Origin: Armatimonadota bacterium
GTDB lineage: Bacteria > Armatimonadota > UBA10988
NCBI GenBank assembly: GCA_016235455.1
Contig: JACRKZ010000067.1
Location: 64,001-128,000, forward strand
Direction of reading: 5' to 3'
Length of the DNA stretch: 64,000 nt
Shown here: in pieces, positions 18,790 to 28,937 of the stretch
Layout of the letters: each line of letters opens with the position of its first letter
Position numbering within the stretch: the first letter of the stretch is position 1
Made by a program: the position numbers and the translations under genes
Notes under the pieces: model-generated
Told to the model about the DNA's origin: nothing
What the model saw: the letters and a program-made list of their open reading frames with translations, nothing else
Databases searched by the model: none

Positions 18790-19269
18790 GTGAAGGAGCG
18801 CCTGATCAGGCTCAGCCATTGGCTGTGGCAGTGGTTCTTGGCCGCACTGCGGGGCGTTTGGGCGTTGCTGGGCATGTTCTATGCCTGGCTTTCGCGCCAG
18901 AGTCGGCTGCTGTCGACTCGCGCCGCCATGCGCGCCAAGGAGCGTGAGCGCCGGCAACGGCTAGAGGCCATCGGTGGCATGGTCTTCATCCTGTTCAAGC
19001 GCAGTCTGGTGCGTAATCACGACCTGCTGGTGGAGTGCGAGAAGGTGCGCGACATCGATCTCGAACTCGACGCGCTGCTGGGGCAGGCCGACCGCATCCG
19101 CACCGAACGCCGCGCCGCCGCCGCACCGTCGGCTGACACGTCGCGCCTCGCCGCGCAGACCGTGGAGACCGACGCCGCCGCGGACGGCGTAACCGCACTC
19201 GACCCGCTCGCGACCCAACCGGACCGACTGACCGATGGGACCGGGTCCGACACCAGCCTTATCGCCTGA
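18790..19269 (+). CDS. Hypothetical protein (Trp-rich amphipathic N-terminus, coiled coil)
   Basis: GGAGGT SD before GTG; ends 20 nt before trpB2. Confidence 0.6.
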   Translation: MKERLIRLSHWLWQWFLAALRGVWALLGMFYAWLSRQSRLLSTRAAMRAKERERRQRLEAIGGMVFILFKRSLVRNHDLLVECEKVRDIDLELDALLGQADRIRTERRAAAAPSADTSRLAAQTVETDAAADGVTALDPLATQPDRLTDGTGSDTSLIA

Positions 19270-19289
19270 CATCAATAGGAGCACCTCTC

Positions 19290-20645
19290 ATGTCCGAAAC
19301 CCGCAAGTTCCTTCTGACCGAGAAGGACCTGCCGAACGCTTGGTTCAACGTCAAGCCGCACCTGCTGGAGCAGCCGTCGCCGCCGCTCCATCCCGGCACG
19401 TTGCAGCCGGTGGGGCCCGACGACCTGGCGCCGCTGTTCCCCATGGCGCTGATCATGCAGGAAGTCACCACCGACCCGTACGTGGACATCCCCGGCGGCG
19501 TGCTCGACATCCTGCGCATGTGGCGGCCGACGCCGTTGGTGCGCGCCTCCAACCTGGAGAAGGCGCTCGATACGCCGGCCAAGATCTTCTTCAAGTATGA
19601 GGGGGTCAGCCCGGTCGGCTCGCACAAGCCCAATACGGCGGTGCCGCAGGCCTATTACAACAAGCAGGAGGGCCGCCCGCGCGTGACCACCGAGACCGGC
19701 GCCGGTCAGTGGGGCTGCTCGCTGGCCATGGCCGCCGCGCAGTTCGGCCTGGAATGCGATGTCTGGATGGTCAAGGTCTCGTATGGCCAGAAGCCCGGCC
19801 GCCGCACGCTCATGCGCAGCTTCGGCGCGAGCGTGCAGGCCAGCCCGAGCACCTCGACCAACGCCGGCCGCGCCGTGCTGGCCGCGCATCCCGACAGCCC
19901 CGGCAGCCTGGGCATCGCCATCTCCGAGGCGGTGGAGGCCGCGGCCGTCGACCCCAACGCCAGCTACTGCCTGGGCTCGGTGCTCGACCATGTGCTGCTG
20001 CACCAGACCATCGTCGGCCAGGAAGTCGTCAAGCAGCTCGAGATGGCCGGCGTCGTGCCCGACATCATGCTCGGCTGCGTCGGTGGCGGCTCCAACTTCG
20101 GCGGCTTCGCCTTCCCGTTCATCCCCGAGAAGATCAAGCGGCCCGAACTGCGGCTGGTGGCCTGTGAGCCGGCGGCCTGCCCGACCATCACCCGCGGCAA
20201 GTACGCCTACGACTTCGGCGACCTGGCCGGCCTGACGCCGCTGCTCAAGACGCACACCCTCGGCTCTCAATTCGTTCCGCCGCCCGTGCATGCCGGTGGC
20301 CTGCGCTACCACGGCATGGCGCCGCTGGTCAGCGCCTGCGCTGAGCAGGGACTGATCGAAGCCGCCTCGTTCCAGCAGAACGAGTGCTTCGAGGCGGCCA
20401 TCCTGTTCACCAAGACCGAAGGCATCCTGCCCGCGCCGGAATCGTCGCACGCCATTCGTGGCGCCGTGGTCGAAGCGCTGAAGTGCAAGGAGTCGGGCGA
20501 GTCCAAGACCATCGTCTTCAACCTGTCGGGCCACGGCTACTTCGACACCTCGTCGTACGACGCCTATCTGGCCGGCGAGCTCGTGGACTACGAGTACCCC
20601 GAAGAGGCCATTGACGAGGCCATGCGGGACCTGCCTCAGGTCTGA
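19290..20645 (+). CDS. trpB2: TrpB2 (stand-alone tryptophan synthase beta-like PLP enzyme)
   Basis: WRPTPLVRA, SHKPNTA (PLP lysine), TETGAGQWG, GSLGIAISEA, HAGGLRYHG, FNLSGHG. Confidence 0.95.
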   Translation: MSETRKFLLTEKDLPNAWFNVKPHLLEQPSPPLHPGTLQPVGPDDLAPLFPMALIMQEVTTDPYVDIPGGVLDILRMWRPTPLVRASNLEKALDTPAKIFFKYEGVSPVGSHKPNTAVPQAYYNKQEGRPRVTTETGAGQWGCSLAMAAAQFGLECDVWMVKVSYGQKPGRRTLMRSFGASVQASPSTSTNAGRAVLAAHPDSPGSLGIAISEAVEAAAVDPNASYCLGSVLDHVLLHQTIVGQEVVKQLEMAGVVPDIMLGCVGGGSNFGGFAFPFIPEKIKRPELRLVACEPAACPTITRGKYAYDFGDLAGLTPLLKTHTLGSQFVPPPVHAGGLRYHGMAPLVSACAEQGLIEAASFQQNECFEAAILFTKTEGILPAPESSHAIRGAVVEALKCKESGESKTIVFNLSGHGYFDTSSYDAYLAGELVDYEYPEEAIDEAMRDLPQV

Positions 20646-20656
20646 CCAAGCGCTTG

Positions 20657-20701
20657 GCGGACGGCGCACTCACCTGGCGGGTGAGTGCGCCGTTCTGCTT
20701 T
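20657..20701 (+). terminator. Intrinsic terminator after trpB2
   Basis: GCGGACGGCGCACTCACC/GGTGAGTGCGCCGTTCTGC stem followed by TTT. Confidence 0.7.
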
Positions 20702-20732
20702 GGGCAGGCGCCCCGCGTCGACCCAAAGACAG

Positions 20733-20764
20733 CGGCCGGCGACCACCTGAGTGGTCGCCGGCCG
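20733..20764 (-). terminator. Terminator after the first prepilin gene
   Basis: Perfect 14-bp stem CGGCCGGCGACCAC/GTGGTCGCCGGCCG; minus-strand tail CTGTCTTT. Confidence 0.7.
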
Positions 20765-20788
20765 GTCCGAGTTCAGGTCCGCTCGCGA

Positions 20789-21472
20789 TCAGGGATGACG
20801 AGCTTCACAGGCGGCGAGGCCGGCCACGGTGGCGGCGCCCGCCGGGGTGCTCTCCCAGCCGTTGCTCCACAAGCTGGCCGGCTGGCCGGTGGCAGACGGC
20901 TTGAGCAGCTTGACGTGGCCGTCAGCGAACAGGTAGTTGCCGCGACCCATGTGGCCCGCCCACAGGCGGTCGAGGCTGTCGGTGCCGACGCGCACCGAGG
21001 AGTTGTTGCTCTCGCAGACCAGGATCAGCGAGGCCGGCGCGCCGATCGCCGCCGAGTTCAGGTTGGACGGCGCATAGCCCATCGGGCACTGGCCCTCGGC
21101 GTTGCCCTGCGCGCCGGCGGCACCGGTCCCACCGTTGGCCGCGTAGCTGATGGGGAACACGGCATCGTTGCTCGCATTCGCGTTGGCCGTGTTCGACGGG
21201 CACTTGAAGATGTCGCGGCTCTTGATGTACGGCACGGTGATGACCCGCCAGGACTGGGCGTCGCCGCTCGTGCGCGCCGGCGTGATCATCTCGTCGTAAT
21301 CCTGAGTGTACTGCATGATGGCCAGGCCCATCTGCTTCAGGTTGCTGCCGCAACTCGACGTGCGCGCCTTCTCTCGGGCCTTGGCGAAGACCGGGAACAA
21401 GATGGCCGCCAAAATGGCGATGATCGCGATCACCACCAGCAACTCGATAAGCGTAAACGCTCGCTTGCGCAT
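20789..21472 (-). CDS. DUF1559 prepilin-type N-terminal cleavage/methylation protein with H-X9-DG motif
   Basis: KRA|[60 protein letters not shown]. Confidence 0.93.
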   Translation of the reverse strand: MRKRAFTLIELLVVIAIIAILAAILFPVFAKAREKARTSSCGSNLKQMGLAIMQYTQDYDEMITPARTSGDAQSWRVITVPYIKSRDIFKCPSNTANANASNDAVFPISYAANGGTGAAGAQGNAEGQCPMGYAPSNLNSAAIGAPASLILVCESNNSSVRVGTDSLDRLWAGHMGRGNYLFADGHVKLLKPSATGQPASLWSNGWESTPAGAATVAGLAACEARHP

Positions 21473-21514
21473 AACTCCACTCCCAGACGCGGCGGTCACT
21501 CCGCCAGCAGGCAG

Positions 21515-21543
21515 ATACTAACGAACCCCTGTCACAAACGCAA
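21515..21543 (-). promoter_or_regulatory. sigma70-type promoter of the first prepilin gene
   Basis: TTGCGT-N17-TAGTAT on the minus strand. Confidence 0.55.
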
Positions 21544-21618
21544 CAATGTCGATAGCACCACAGTGGAACCTGCCAGGGAACACGGCCACGATGCCAGGAT
21601 ATGGCGCCTTGGAGGCCC

Positions 21619-21665
21619 TGGAATCGGTTCTGTATACACCGCATGGTATCAGTCAAACGATTCTA
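21619..21665. promoter_or_regulatory. Two LacI-type operator-like sites
   Basis: TGGAATCGGTTCTG (21619-21632) and GTCAAACGATTCTA (21652-21665), both fitting AAnCGnTT, in an AT-rich intergenic region. Confidence 0.5.
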
Positions 21666-21967
21666 TTGAACGACCAGTAATTAGAGGATATAACTACCCT
21701 ATTTTCCAAGGGCGCCGACTCCTAGCGCACCCGGATCTGGACGCAGGTCGGCGAGTGATGTTTGAGCCAGGGCCGGAATGGGTAGCCCTCCGACCAGCCC
21801 GAAATTGACTTATCGCATTGAGAACCACCTGCGCACAGCGCGGCCCGGCGAATCGCGACCAGGGCTGGCAGCCGAGTCGGGCCGACAGCGCAGCCTGGGG
21901 TCGGGGCTGGCGATGCGGGGCTCTTGGGTTATCATAACGAGGGCGGTTTCCCCCAGGAGGTGGTTCC

Positions 21968-23590
21968 GTGACGAAGTACGTGTTCATCACCGGCGGCGTC
22001 GTTTCCAGCATCGGCAAGGGCATCAGCGCGGCGAGCTTGGGCCGGTTGCTGAAGGCGCGCGGGCTACGCGTCAGCGTGCTCAAGATGGACCCGTACATCA
22101 ACGTCGACGCGGGCACCATGAACCCCTTCCAGCATGGCGAGTGCTTCGTCACCGACGATGGCGCGGAGACCGATCTGGACCTGGGGCACTACGAGCGCTT
22201 CCTGGATATCAACGTCACGCGCCACGCCAACATCACCACGGGGCAGGTCTACGGCTCGGTGATCGAGAAGGAGCGTGACGGCAACTTCTACCGTGGCGGC
22301 ACGGTGCAGGTCATCCCGCACATCACCGACGAGATCAAGGAGCGCATCCGCCTGAGCGCCGAGCGCTCACAGGCCGACGTGGCGCTGATCGAGGTCGGCG
22401 GCACCGTGGGTGACATCGAGGGTATGCCGTTCCTGGAGGCCATCCGCCAATTCCGCCGCGAGCTGCCGCCCGACGCAACGTTGGGCGTGCATGTCACGCT
22501 GGTGCCGGGCGTGGGGCCGCAAGAAGAGATCAAGACCAAGCCCACGCAGCATTCGGTGCGCGAACTGCGCAATGCCGGCCTGCACTGCGACCTGCTCGTG
22601 GCCCGCACCAAGTACAGACTGACCGACGACCACCGCGCCAAGATCTCGCTGTTTTGCGATATCCCGCCCGAGGCGGTGATCTCCGCGCCCGACGCGCCGT
22701 CCATCTACGATGTGCCCATGACTTTCGAGGCCCAGGGCGTGGCCGAGCTGGTCTGCAAGCGGCTGAACTTGACCACGTCCGAGCCCGACCTGCGCGACTG
22801 GGAGTCGTTGGTGTCGCGCGTGCACAACCGCAAGGGCGAAGTCACCATCGCCATGGTGCCCAAGTACCAGGAGCAGGGCGTCGACACCTACCTGAGTGTG
22901 GTTGAAGCCATCACCCATGGCGCGCTGCACCACGGTGTGAAGGTCAACCTGCGCTGGGTCTATGCCCGCGAGACCGACCCCGCCGACATGCCCGCGGCGC
23001 TGGAGGGCGTGCACGGCGTGCTGGTGCCCGGTGGCTTCGGCGAGGCCGGCATCGAGTCCAAGATCGCCGCCATCCGCTGGGCGCGTGAGAACAACGTCCC
23101 GTTCCTGGGCCTGTGCCTGGGTCTGCAGTGCGCGGTCATCGAGTTCGCGCGTAACGTCTGTGGGCTTGAGGGCGCCAACACCACCGAGGTCAACAAGCAG
23201 TCGCCGCATCCGGTCATCGCCATGCTCGACGAGCAGCGCGGTGTGCGCGACCTGGGCGGCACCATGCGCCTGGGCGCGCAGGAGTGCTACGTCTGCCCCG
23301 ACACGCTGGCCCGCCGGGTCTACGACGCCGAAGTGGTCTGGGAGCGCCATCGCCACCGCTACGAAGTCAACAACGAGTACCGCAAGCAGCTCGGCGAGGC
23401 CGGCCTGCGCTTCTGTGGCATCTCGCCCAACGGCCTGCTGGTGGAGATGATCGAACTGCCCGACCACCCGTTCTTCCTGGCCAGCCAGTTCCATCCCGAG
23501 TTCAAGTCGCGGCCGACCAGCCCGCACCCCATGTTCCGCGGCTTCGTCGAGGCCGCCGCCAAGCACGCGGGGCTACCTGCCGGCGCGTGA
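21968..23590 (+). CDS. pyrG: CTP synthase
   Basis: KYVFITGGVVSSIGKG, DPYINVDAGTMNPFQHGE, KTKPTQHSV, GLCLG, ERHRHRYE, QFHPEF. Confidence 0.98.
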   Translation: MTKYVFITGGVVSSIGKGISAASLGRLLKARGLRVSVLKMDPYINVDAGTMNPFQHGECFVTDDGAETDLDLGHYERFLDINVTRHANITTGQVYGSVIEKERDGNFYRGGTVQVIPHITDEIKERIRLSAERSQADVALIEVGGTVGDIEGMPFLEAIRQFRRELPPDATLGVHVTLVPGVGPQEEIKTKPTQHSVRELRNAGLHCDLLVARTKYRLTDDHRAKISLFCDIPPEAVISAPDAPSIYDVPMTFEAQGVAELVCKRLNLTTSEPDLRDWESLVSRVHNRKGEVTIAMVPKYQEQGVDTYLSVVEAITHGALHHGVKVNLRWVYARETDPADMPAALEGVHGVLVPGGFGEAGIESKIAAIRWARENNVPFLGLCLGLQCAVIEFARNVCGLEGANTTEVNKQSPHPVIAMLDEQRGVRDLGGTMRLGAQECYVCPDTLARRVYDAEVVWERHRHRYEVNNEYRKQLGEAGLRFCGISPNGLLVEMIELPDHPFFLASQFHPEFKSRPTSPHPMFRGFVEAAAKHAGLPAGA

Positions 23591-23603
23591 CCAGGCATTT
23601 GAG

Positions 23604-23690
23604 CACACAGATTGCGCAGATTACACAGATTGCCGGGGACGGGCTCCAGAGCCCCAGACCACCCCACCTCGTCTGCGTAATCTGTGGATG
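23604..23690. repeat. Palindromic 9-bp-unit intergenic element, copy A
   Basis: CACAGATTGCGCAGATTACACAGATT ... GTCTGCGTAATCTGTGGATG. Confidence 0.8.
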
Positions 23691-23719
23691 GTTAGCCGTT
23701 CCTCCGATTGGACGAGTGT

Positions 23720-26029
23720 ATGCCCAGCGTTCTAGATGGTCTGAACCCCGAGCAGCGTGAAGCCGCGAGCCATGTGACGGGACCGTGTCTGGTCTTCGCC
23801 GGCGCGGGTTCGGGCAAGACGCGCATGTTGACACACCGCATCGCGCACCTGATCAACGAGTGCGATGTGGCGCCGTGGCATGTGCTGGCCGTCACCTTCA
23901 CCAACAAGGCCGCCGCCGAGATGCGCAGCCGTGTGGAGGAACTGGTCGGCGACCGCGCCAAGCGGCTCTGGATGGGCACCTTCCACAGCATCTGCGTGCG
24001 GCTGCTGCGCGAGTTCCACGAGGCGGCCGGGCTGGAACGCAGCTTCTCCATCTTCGACGAGGACGACCGCTCGGCGCTCATCCGGCGCATCGTCAAGGGC
24101 ATGGACCTGGACCCGCAGCGCTTCCCGCCGAACCAGTTCGGTTACAAGATCAGCGACTACAAGAACGAGATGCTCGACTTCGCGGCCGCGTCGGCCAAGT
24201 TCGGCGGCCCCACGGCCATGCCGCCGACCAAGGTGGCGCTGCGCGTCTATGAGCAGTATGAGCAGTCGCTCCGAACCCAGAACGCGATGGACTTCGACGA
24301 CCTGATCCTGCGCGCGGTGCATCTCGTGGAGCGCAATGAGGATGTGCGCGCCAAGCTGGTGGAGCGCTTCCGGTTCGTCATGGTCGACGAGTACCAGGAC
24401 ATCAACATGGCCCAGTACCGGTTGGTGACCGCGCTCACCCGCGACCACCGCAACCTGTGCGTGGTGGGCGACGACGACCAGAGCATCTATGGCTGGCGTG
24501 GGGCGCGCGTGGAGATCATCCTGCGCTTCGAGGACGACTTCCCCGAGGCCAAGGTGGTCAAGCTGGAGCGCAACTACCGCTCGACCGCCGCCGTGCTGGG
24601 CGTGGCCAATGCCGTCATCTCCAACAACACCGGGCGGCGCGAAAAGAAGCTGCGGCCGATGGTGCCCGGCGGCGAGCTGGTGCGGCTGCATGTGGCCCAG
24701 AACGCGCAGGACGAGGCCTTCTATGTGGCCGACCTGATCACCGGCGCCGTGCGCCGCGGTGAGCGCAAGTACGGCCAGTTCGCCGTGCTCTACCGCACCA
24801 ACGCGCAGTCGCGGACCTTCGAGCAGTCCTTCACCACGCTGCACATCCCCTACCGCATGGTCGGTGGCGTACGCTTCTACGAGCGCAAGGAGGTGCGCGA
24901 CCTGATCGCCTACCTGCGCGCGTTGTTCAACCCGACCGACGATGTCAGCCTGGGCCGCATCATCAACGTGCCCACACGCGGTATCGGCGACAAGACGGTG
25001 CAGGTGGTCGCCGAGCGCGCGGCCGAGCGCGGGCTCAGCCATCGCCTGGCCATCGCCTCGCTGGTCGAGGACGACGACTCCACGCTGGGAGCCGCGGCCA
25101 AGCGTAAGCTGCTCGACTTCCACCGGATCATGGAATGGCTCGGCGGCAAGGTCGACACCATGCCCGTGGGCGAACTGATCGCCGCCATCCTGCTGCAGAC
25201 CGGTTACAAGGACGCGCTGTTCGCCGAGGAGACCGTCGAGGCGTCGGCCCGGCTGGAGAACCTGGACCAGCTGATCGTGGCCGCCGAGGAGATGACCGAG
25301 GAGCCCGGCCGTGAGGGCCTGGAGCAGTTCCTCGAGCGCGTGGCGCTGGTCTCCGACCTGGACAACCTCGACGAGGCCAACGACAGCGTGGTGCTGATGA
25401 CCCTGCACAGCGCCAAGGGCCTGGAGTTCCCCGTGGTCTTCCTGGTCGGGCTGGAGGAAGGGCTGTTCCCGCACGGCCGGTCGCTGGAATCGCCCGAAGC
25501 CATTGAGGAGGAGCGCCGGCTCTGCTACGTGGGCATGACCCGCGCCAAGGAGCAGCTCTATCTGACCCGCGCCTACATGCGCGCGGCACCGTGGCTGGGC
25601 CGCAGCCAGGAGGCCGACCTGCGCACCACGCCGTCGCGCTTCCTGCGCGAGGTGCCGGCCGAGATGCTCGACGGCCGCGACGTGCCCGTGCCCGGCCGCA
25701 CCGTGGGCATGGCCGATCAGGGCGCCGGCCGGCGCGACCTGGGCCTGACCACCATGCTCTCGCGCGACCGGCGACTGGCGGTACCGAGCACCCCGGCCAC
25801 GCCGAGCACGCCCGCGGTCAGCGCCACGGTGCAGGCCAAGGTGTCGGCCATCACCCCGCCCGACGCGCTGTACAAGGCGGGCGAGAAGGTCAGCCACGGC
25901 ACGTTCGGCCGGGGCATCGTGGTGAGCTGCACCGGCGGCACCGATGCCTCGGTGACCGTGGCCTTCGAGAACTCTCAGCACGGCGTCAAGAAGCTGCTCG
26001 TCGAGTACGCCAAGCTGGAGCGGATCTGA
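23720..26029 (+). CDS. pcrA: ATP-dependent DNA helicase PcrA/UvrD
   Basis: AGAGSGKT, TFTNKAA, VDEYQD, VVGDDDQSIY, LERNYRS, LYRTNAQSR, HSAKGLEF, EERRLCYVGMTRA; C-terminal Tudor-like domain. Confidence 0.96.
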   Translation: MPSVLDGLNPEQREAASHVTGPCLVFAGAGSGKTRMLTHRIAHLINECDVAPWHVLAVTFTNKAAAEMRSRVEELVGDRAKRLWMGTFHSICVRLLREFHEAAGLERSFSIFDEDDRSALIRRIVKGMDLDPQRFPPNQFGYKISDYKNEMLDFAAASAKFGGPTAMPPTKVALRVYEQYEQSLRTQNAMDFDDLILRAVHLVERNEDVRAKLVERFRFVMVDEYQDINMAQYRLVTALTRDHRNLCVVGDDDQSIYGWRGARVEIILRFEDDFPEAKVVKLERNYRSTAAVLGVANAVISNNTGRREKKLRPMVPGGELVRLHVAQNAQDEAFYVADLITGAVRRGERKYGQFAVLYRTNAQSRTFEQSFTTLHIPYRMVGGVRFYERKEVRDLIAYLRALFNPTDDVSLGRIINVPTRGIGDKTVQVVAERAAERGLSHRLAIASLVEDDDSTLGAAAKRKLLDFHRIMEWLGGKVDTMPVGELIAAILLQTGYKDALFAEETVEASARLENLDQLIVAAEEMTEEPGREGLEQFLERVALVSDLDNLDEANDSVVLMTLHSAKGLEFPVVFLVGLEEGLFPHGRSLESPEAIEEERRLCYVGMTRAKEQLYLTRAYMRAAPWLGRSQEADLRTTPSRFLREVPAEMLDGRDVPVPGRTVGMADQGAGRRDLGLTTMLSRDRRLAVPSTPATPSTPAVSATVQAKVSAITPPDALYKAGEKVSHGTFGRGIVVSCTGGTDASVTVAFENSQHGVKKLLVEYAKLERI

Positions 26030-26044
26030 GGCTCACGCCCTCTG

Positions 26045-26125
26045 ATCATCCACAGATTACGCAGATTACGCAGATTGCGGCAATCAGGTTGCTCATCTGC
26101 GTAATCTGCGCAATCTGTGGATGAT
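26045..26125. repeat. Palindromic 9-bp-unit intergenic element, copy B
   Basis: ATCATCCACAGATTACGCAGATTACGCAGAT ... ATCTGCGTAATCTGCGCAATCTGTGGATGAT; 31-bp inverted repeat with one mismatch. Confidence 0.88.
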
Positions 26126-26127
26126 TG

Positions 26128-27747
26128 CTAGAACAGGCTGACGCCCGTCATCTCCGCCGGTTGCGGCAGGCCGAGCATCTTGAGCAGCGTGGGCGCGACA
26201 TCGCCCAGGCAGCCACCTTCGCGCAGCTCGGTGCCGACCAGCGCGTCATCCATGATCAGCGCCGGCGTCAGGTTGTAGGTGGTGTGCTGCGTGTGCGGCA
26301 CGAGCAGCGAGTAGTCCAGCGTGCCATCGGGCTTGCGGACCATGTCATACGCGATCATCTCTTCGCTGTTGCCGTGGTCGGCGGTGATGAGCGCGCGGCC
26401 GCCCAGCTCGCGGACCTTGGCCAGCACTCGGCCCAGGCAGGTGTCGACCGCCTCGCAGGCCTTCACGGCAGCTTCGAGGATACCCGTATGGCCGACCATG
26501 TCGGGGTTGGCGAAGTTGACCACGGCCAGGTCGAAGCGCTCGATGTTGTCGACAATGGCGCCGGCCAGCTTGAACGCGCTCATCTCGGGCTGCAGGTCGT
26601 AGGTGGCCACCAGCGGCGACTTGACCAGGATGCGCTCCTCGCCCGGATACGGCTGCTCGAACTGGTTGTTGAGGAAGAACGTGACGTGCGCGTACTTCTC
26701 GGTCTCCGCCGCGCGCAGTTGCGACAGGCCCGCGGCCGAGACCACTTCACCCAGGATGTTCCGGGGGCGTTCGCGCTTGAAGGCAAACGGGATGGTCAGC
26801 GCCGCCTCGTACTGGCACATGGTGGCCAGCGTCATGTCCAGCTTGCCGCCGGTGGGGAACTCGTCGAATTCGGGCCGGTGCAGCGGGTAGAGGATCTGTC
26901 GCGGGCGGTCGCCGCGGAAGTTGAAGACGATCAGCGCGTCGCCATCGCGGAAGCGCGGCGCCGGCTGGCCATCGGCCCCGGTGATCAGCCGCGGCTTCAT
27001 GAACTCGTCGTATTCCTTGGTATCGCCGGTGGCGTAGGCCGCTTCGATGGCCGCCGTGGCGGTGGGGAAGGTCTGGAACTCGATGTCGGCCAGGTCGCCG
27101 GTGGTCTGGCGGTTCTCGCCGTGGACCAGGGCGTCGTAAGCCAACTGCGTGCGCGCCCAGCGCTTGTCGCGGTCCATGGCCCAGTAGCGGCCCATGACCG
27201 TGGCGATGCGGCCCCAGCCGGTCTCGGCGATGTGCTTCTCGACGACCTGCACGAAACCCAGGCCGGAGCGCGGGTCGGTGTCACGGCCGTCCATGACCGC
27301 ATGGAACAGCACCTGCTCGGGTTTGAGCCCGGCCCGGCGACCCAGGTCGATGAGCGCGAGGTAGTGCTTCTCGGAGCTGTGCACGCCGCCGTCGGAGGTC
27401 AGGCCCATGAGGTGCAGGTTGCCACCCGACTGCTTGACCCGCTCCACCGCCGCGACGAACGCGGGCTTGTCAAAGAAGCTACCGTCGTCGATGGCTTTGT
27501 CGATGAACAGGATCTCCTGGAACACGGTGCGCCCGGCGCCCAGGTTCTCGTGGCCGACCTCGCTGTTGCCCATCAGCCCTTCGCGCAGGCCGACAGACTC
27601 GCCCTGGCACCGCAGCAGCGTGTGCGGGTACTTGGCGGTCAGCGCATCCCAGTTGGGCGTGCGCGCCAGCCGGATGGCGTTGGCGTAGCTGTGCGGGTTG
27701 TAGCCCCAGCCGTCCAGGATGCACAAAAGCAGCGGTTGCTTGGCCAT
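26128..27747 (-). CDS. gpmI: 2,3-bisphosphoglycerate-independent phosphoglycerate mutase
   Basis: ILDGWG, MGNSEVGH, SDGGVHS, DGRD, GRYWAMDRD, AETEKYAHVTFF, NPDMVGHTG, TADHGN. Confidence 0.97.
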   Translation of the reverse strand: MAKQPLLLCILDGWGYNPHSYANAIRLARTPNWDALTAKYPHTLLRCQGESVGLREGLMGNSEVGHENLGAGRTVFQEILFIDKAIDDGSFFDKPAFVAAVERVKQSGGNLHLMGLTSDGGVHSSEKHYLALIDLGRRAGLKPEQVLFHAVMDGRDTDPRSGLGFVQVVEKHIAETGWGRIATVMGRYWAMDRDKRWARTQLAYDALVHGENRQTTGDLADIEFQTFPTATAAIEAAYATGDTKEYDEFMKPRLITGADGQPAPRFRDGDALIVFNFRGDRPRQILYPLHRPEFDEFPTGGKLDMTLATMCQYEAALTIPFAFKRERPRNILGEVVSAAGLSQLRAAETEKYAHVTFFLNNQFEQPYPGEERILVKSPLVATYDLQPEMSAFKLAGAIVDNIERFDLAVVNFANPDMVGHTGILEAAVKACEAVDTCLGRVLAKVRELGGRALITADHGNSEEMIAYDMVRKPDGTLDYSLLVPHTQHTTYNLTPALIMDDALVGTELREGGCLGDVAPTLLKMLGLPQPAEMTGVSLF

Positions 27748-27769
27748 TTGACGTCCTTCTTGGGCTGGT

Positions 27770-27797
27770 AGCGTAGCATGGGGCGGTTGGGTGTCAA
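27770..27797 (-). promoter_or_regulatory. sigma70-type promoter of gpmI
   Basis: TTGACA-N16-TACGCT with TG extension on the minus strand. Confidence 0.65.
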
Positions 27798-27854
27798 GGA
27801 TTCCGCCCGGCGGCGCCGGCCCCTGGGGTCATTGTGAGGCGAGGTGGGCAACGG

Positions 27855-28937
27855 TCAGGCTGGCGGCGCGGTGGGTAGGCCGTGCTCGGCCATCAGCCGG
27901 CGCCATTCGTTGCGTGCGTCGAGCCGTCGAATGCCGCACAGTGCCGCGAAGTGCGGCCAGACCTCGGGAGGATGGCCGATGGCGCTGCGGCACAGCAACT
28001 GCCAGCCGGCCTCTTGGCGGCCGGCGTGGTAGACGGCCCACGACCAGACCACCTCGGCCAGCCAGCATCCCTCATCGAGCGCCAAGGCCTGCCGGGCCTG
28101 GTCGATGGCAGCGTCGTATTGTTTCAGAATAAGCAGCGACCACGCCCAGTTGGCGTGCGACCAGGCATAGTCGGGCCGCGCCGCGCAGTCCTCATCGAAG
28201 TGGGCGATGGCCTCCACTTGGCGGCGCAGCGCGCTGAGCGCCATGCCCCAGTAACCGTGCCCACCATGCACCAGCGGCCCGAGCCGGGCAGCGGCCTCGA
28301 ACTGGGCAACGGCCTCTTCGTGCAGGTTCCATTGGCCCAACACGATGGCCCGGAACTCCCGAACGTGCACGCTTTCGCTGCCGGATGGCAGCAACTCGTC
28401 GAGCAGCCGCCGTGATTCGGGTGTCTCGCCTGCCTGGCTCAGCGCGCCAGCCATCTCGTTCCACAGGAACGTGGCCTTGGGCAGCAACGCGATGACTGTC
28501 GGGTAGTGCCGGGCGGCAGCGAGATACTCACCCGCGCCCACCAACGACAAGGCCCACAACCTACGGATGGCACCGTTCTGGGGCTCAGCGGCGGCAGCCC
28601 TCTCGAACAGGGCCACCGCGCGAGGGTAGTCTCCCGCCTGGCGCATGCATTCCGCCCAACCGTCACCCATCGGTTCTTCGTCTGGAACGTGCTGCTCGCG
28701 CCATGCGTTGGCCCGGTCGAGCAGGCCCGTGGCTCGCTCGCGGCTCTCATCGTCGCCTTCGCGGATCATCAGACCGGCTTCGGCGAGCAGGCGGTAGTCC
28801 TCGTCGCCCGCGGCCGACGCCTGAGTAAGCATCGCCCACAGGTGGTGCTCGCACGCCTCACCATCCACCGACCACAGGCGCAGCGCCTCGTTGAAGACCT
28901 TCCACATCGCCGCCACGCGCTCGGCCCGCTCCGCCAT
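27855..28937 (-). CDS. TPR-repeat protein (paralog of 47369-48901)
   Basis: TPR patterns (AVALFERAAAAEP, AIDQARQALALD); GGAGGG SD before ATG 28937. Confidence 0.75.
   Translation of the reverse strand: MAERAERVAAMWKVFNEALRLWSVDGEACEHHLWAMLTQASAAGDEDYRLLAEAGLMIREGDDESRERATGLLDRANAWREQHVPDEEPMGDGWAECMRQAGDYPRAVALFERAAAAEPQNGAIRRLWALSLVGAGEYLAAARHYPTVIALLPKATFLWNEMAGALSQAGETPESRRLLDELLPSGSESVHVREFRAIVLGQWNLHEEAVAQFEAAARLGPLVHGGHGYWGMALSALRRQVEAIAHFDEDCAARPDYAWSHANWAWSLLILKQYDAAIDQARQALALDEGCWLAEVVWSWAVYHAGRQEAGWQLLCRSAIGHPPEVWPHFAALCGIRRLDARNEWRRLMAEHGLPTAPPA

Noticed and set aside
25793-25816. PSTPAT tandem repeat in PcrA
   Set aside because: Ordinary low-complexity linker before the C-terminal domain
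23604-26125. CRISPR array
   Set aside because: Short inverted 9-bp units with no repeat-spacer periodicity and no cas genes
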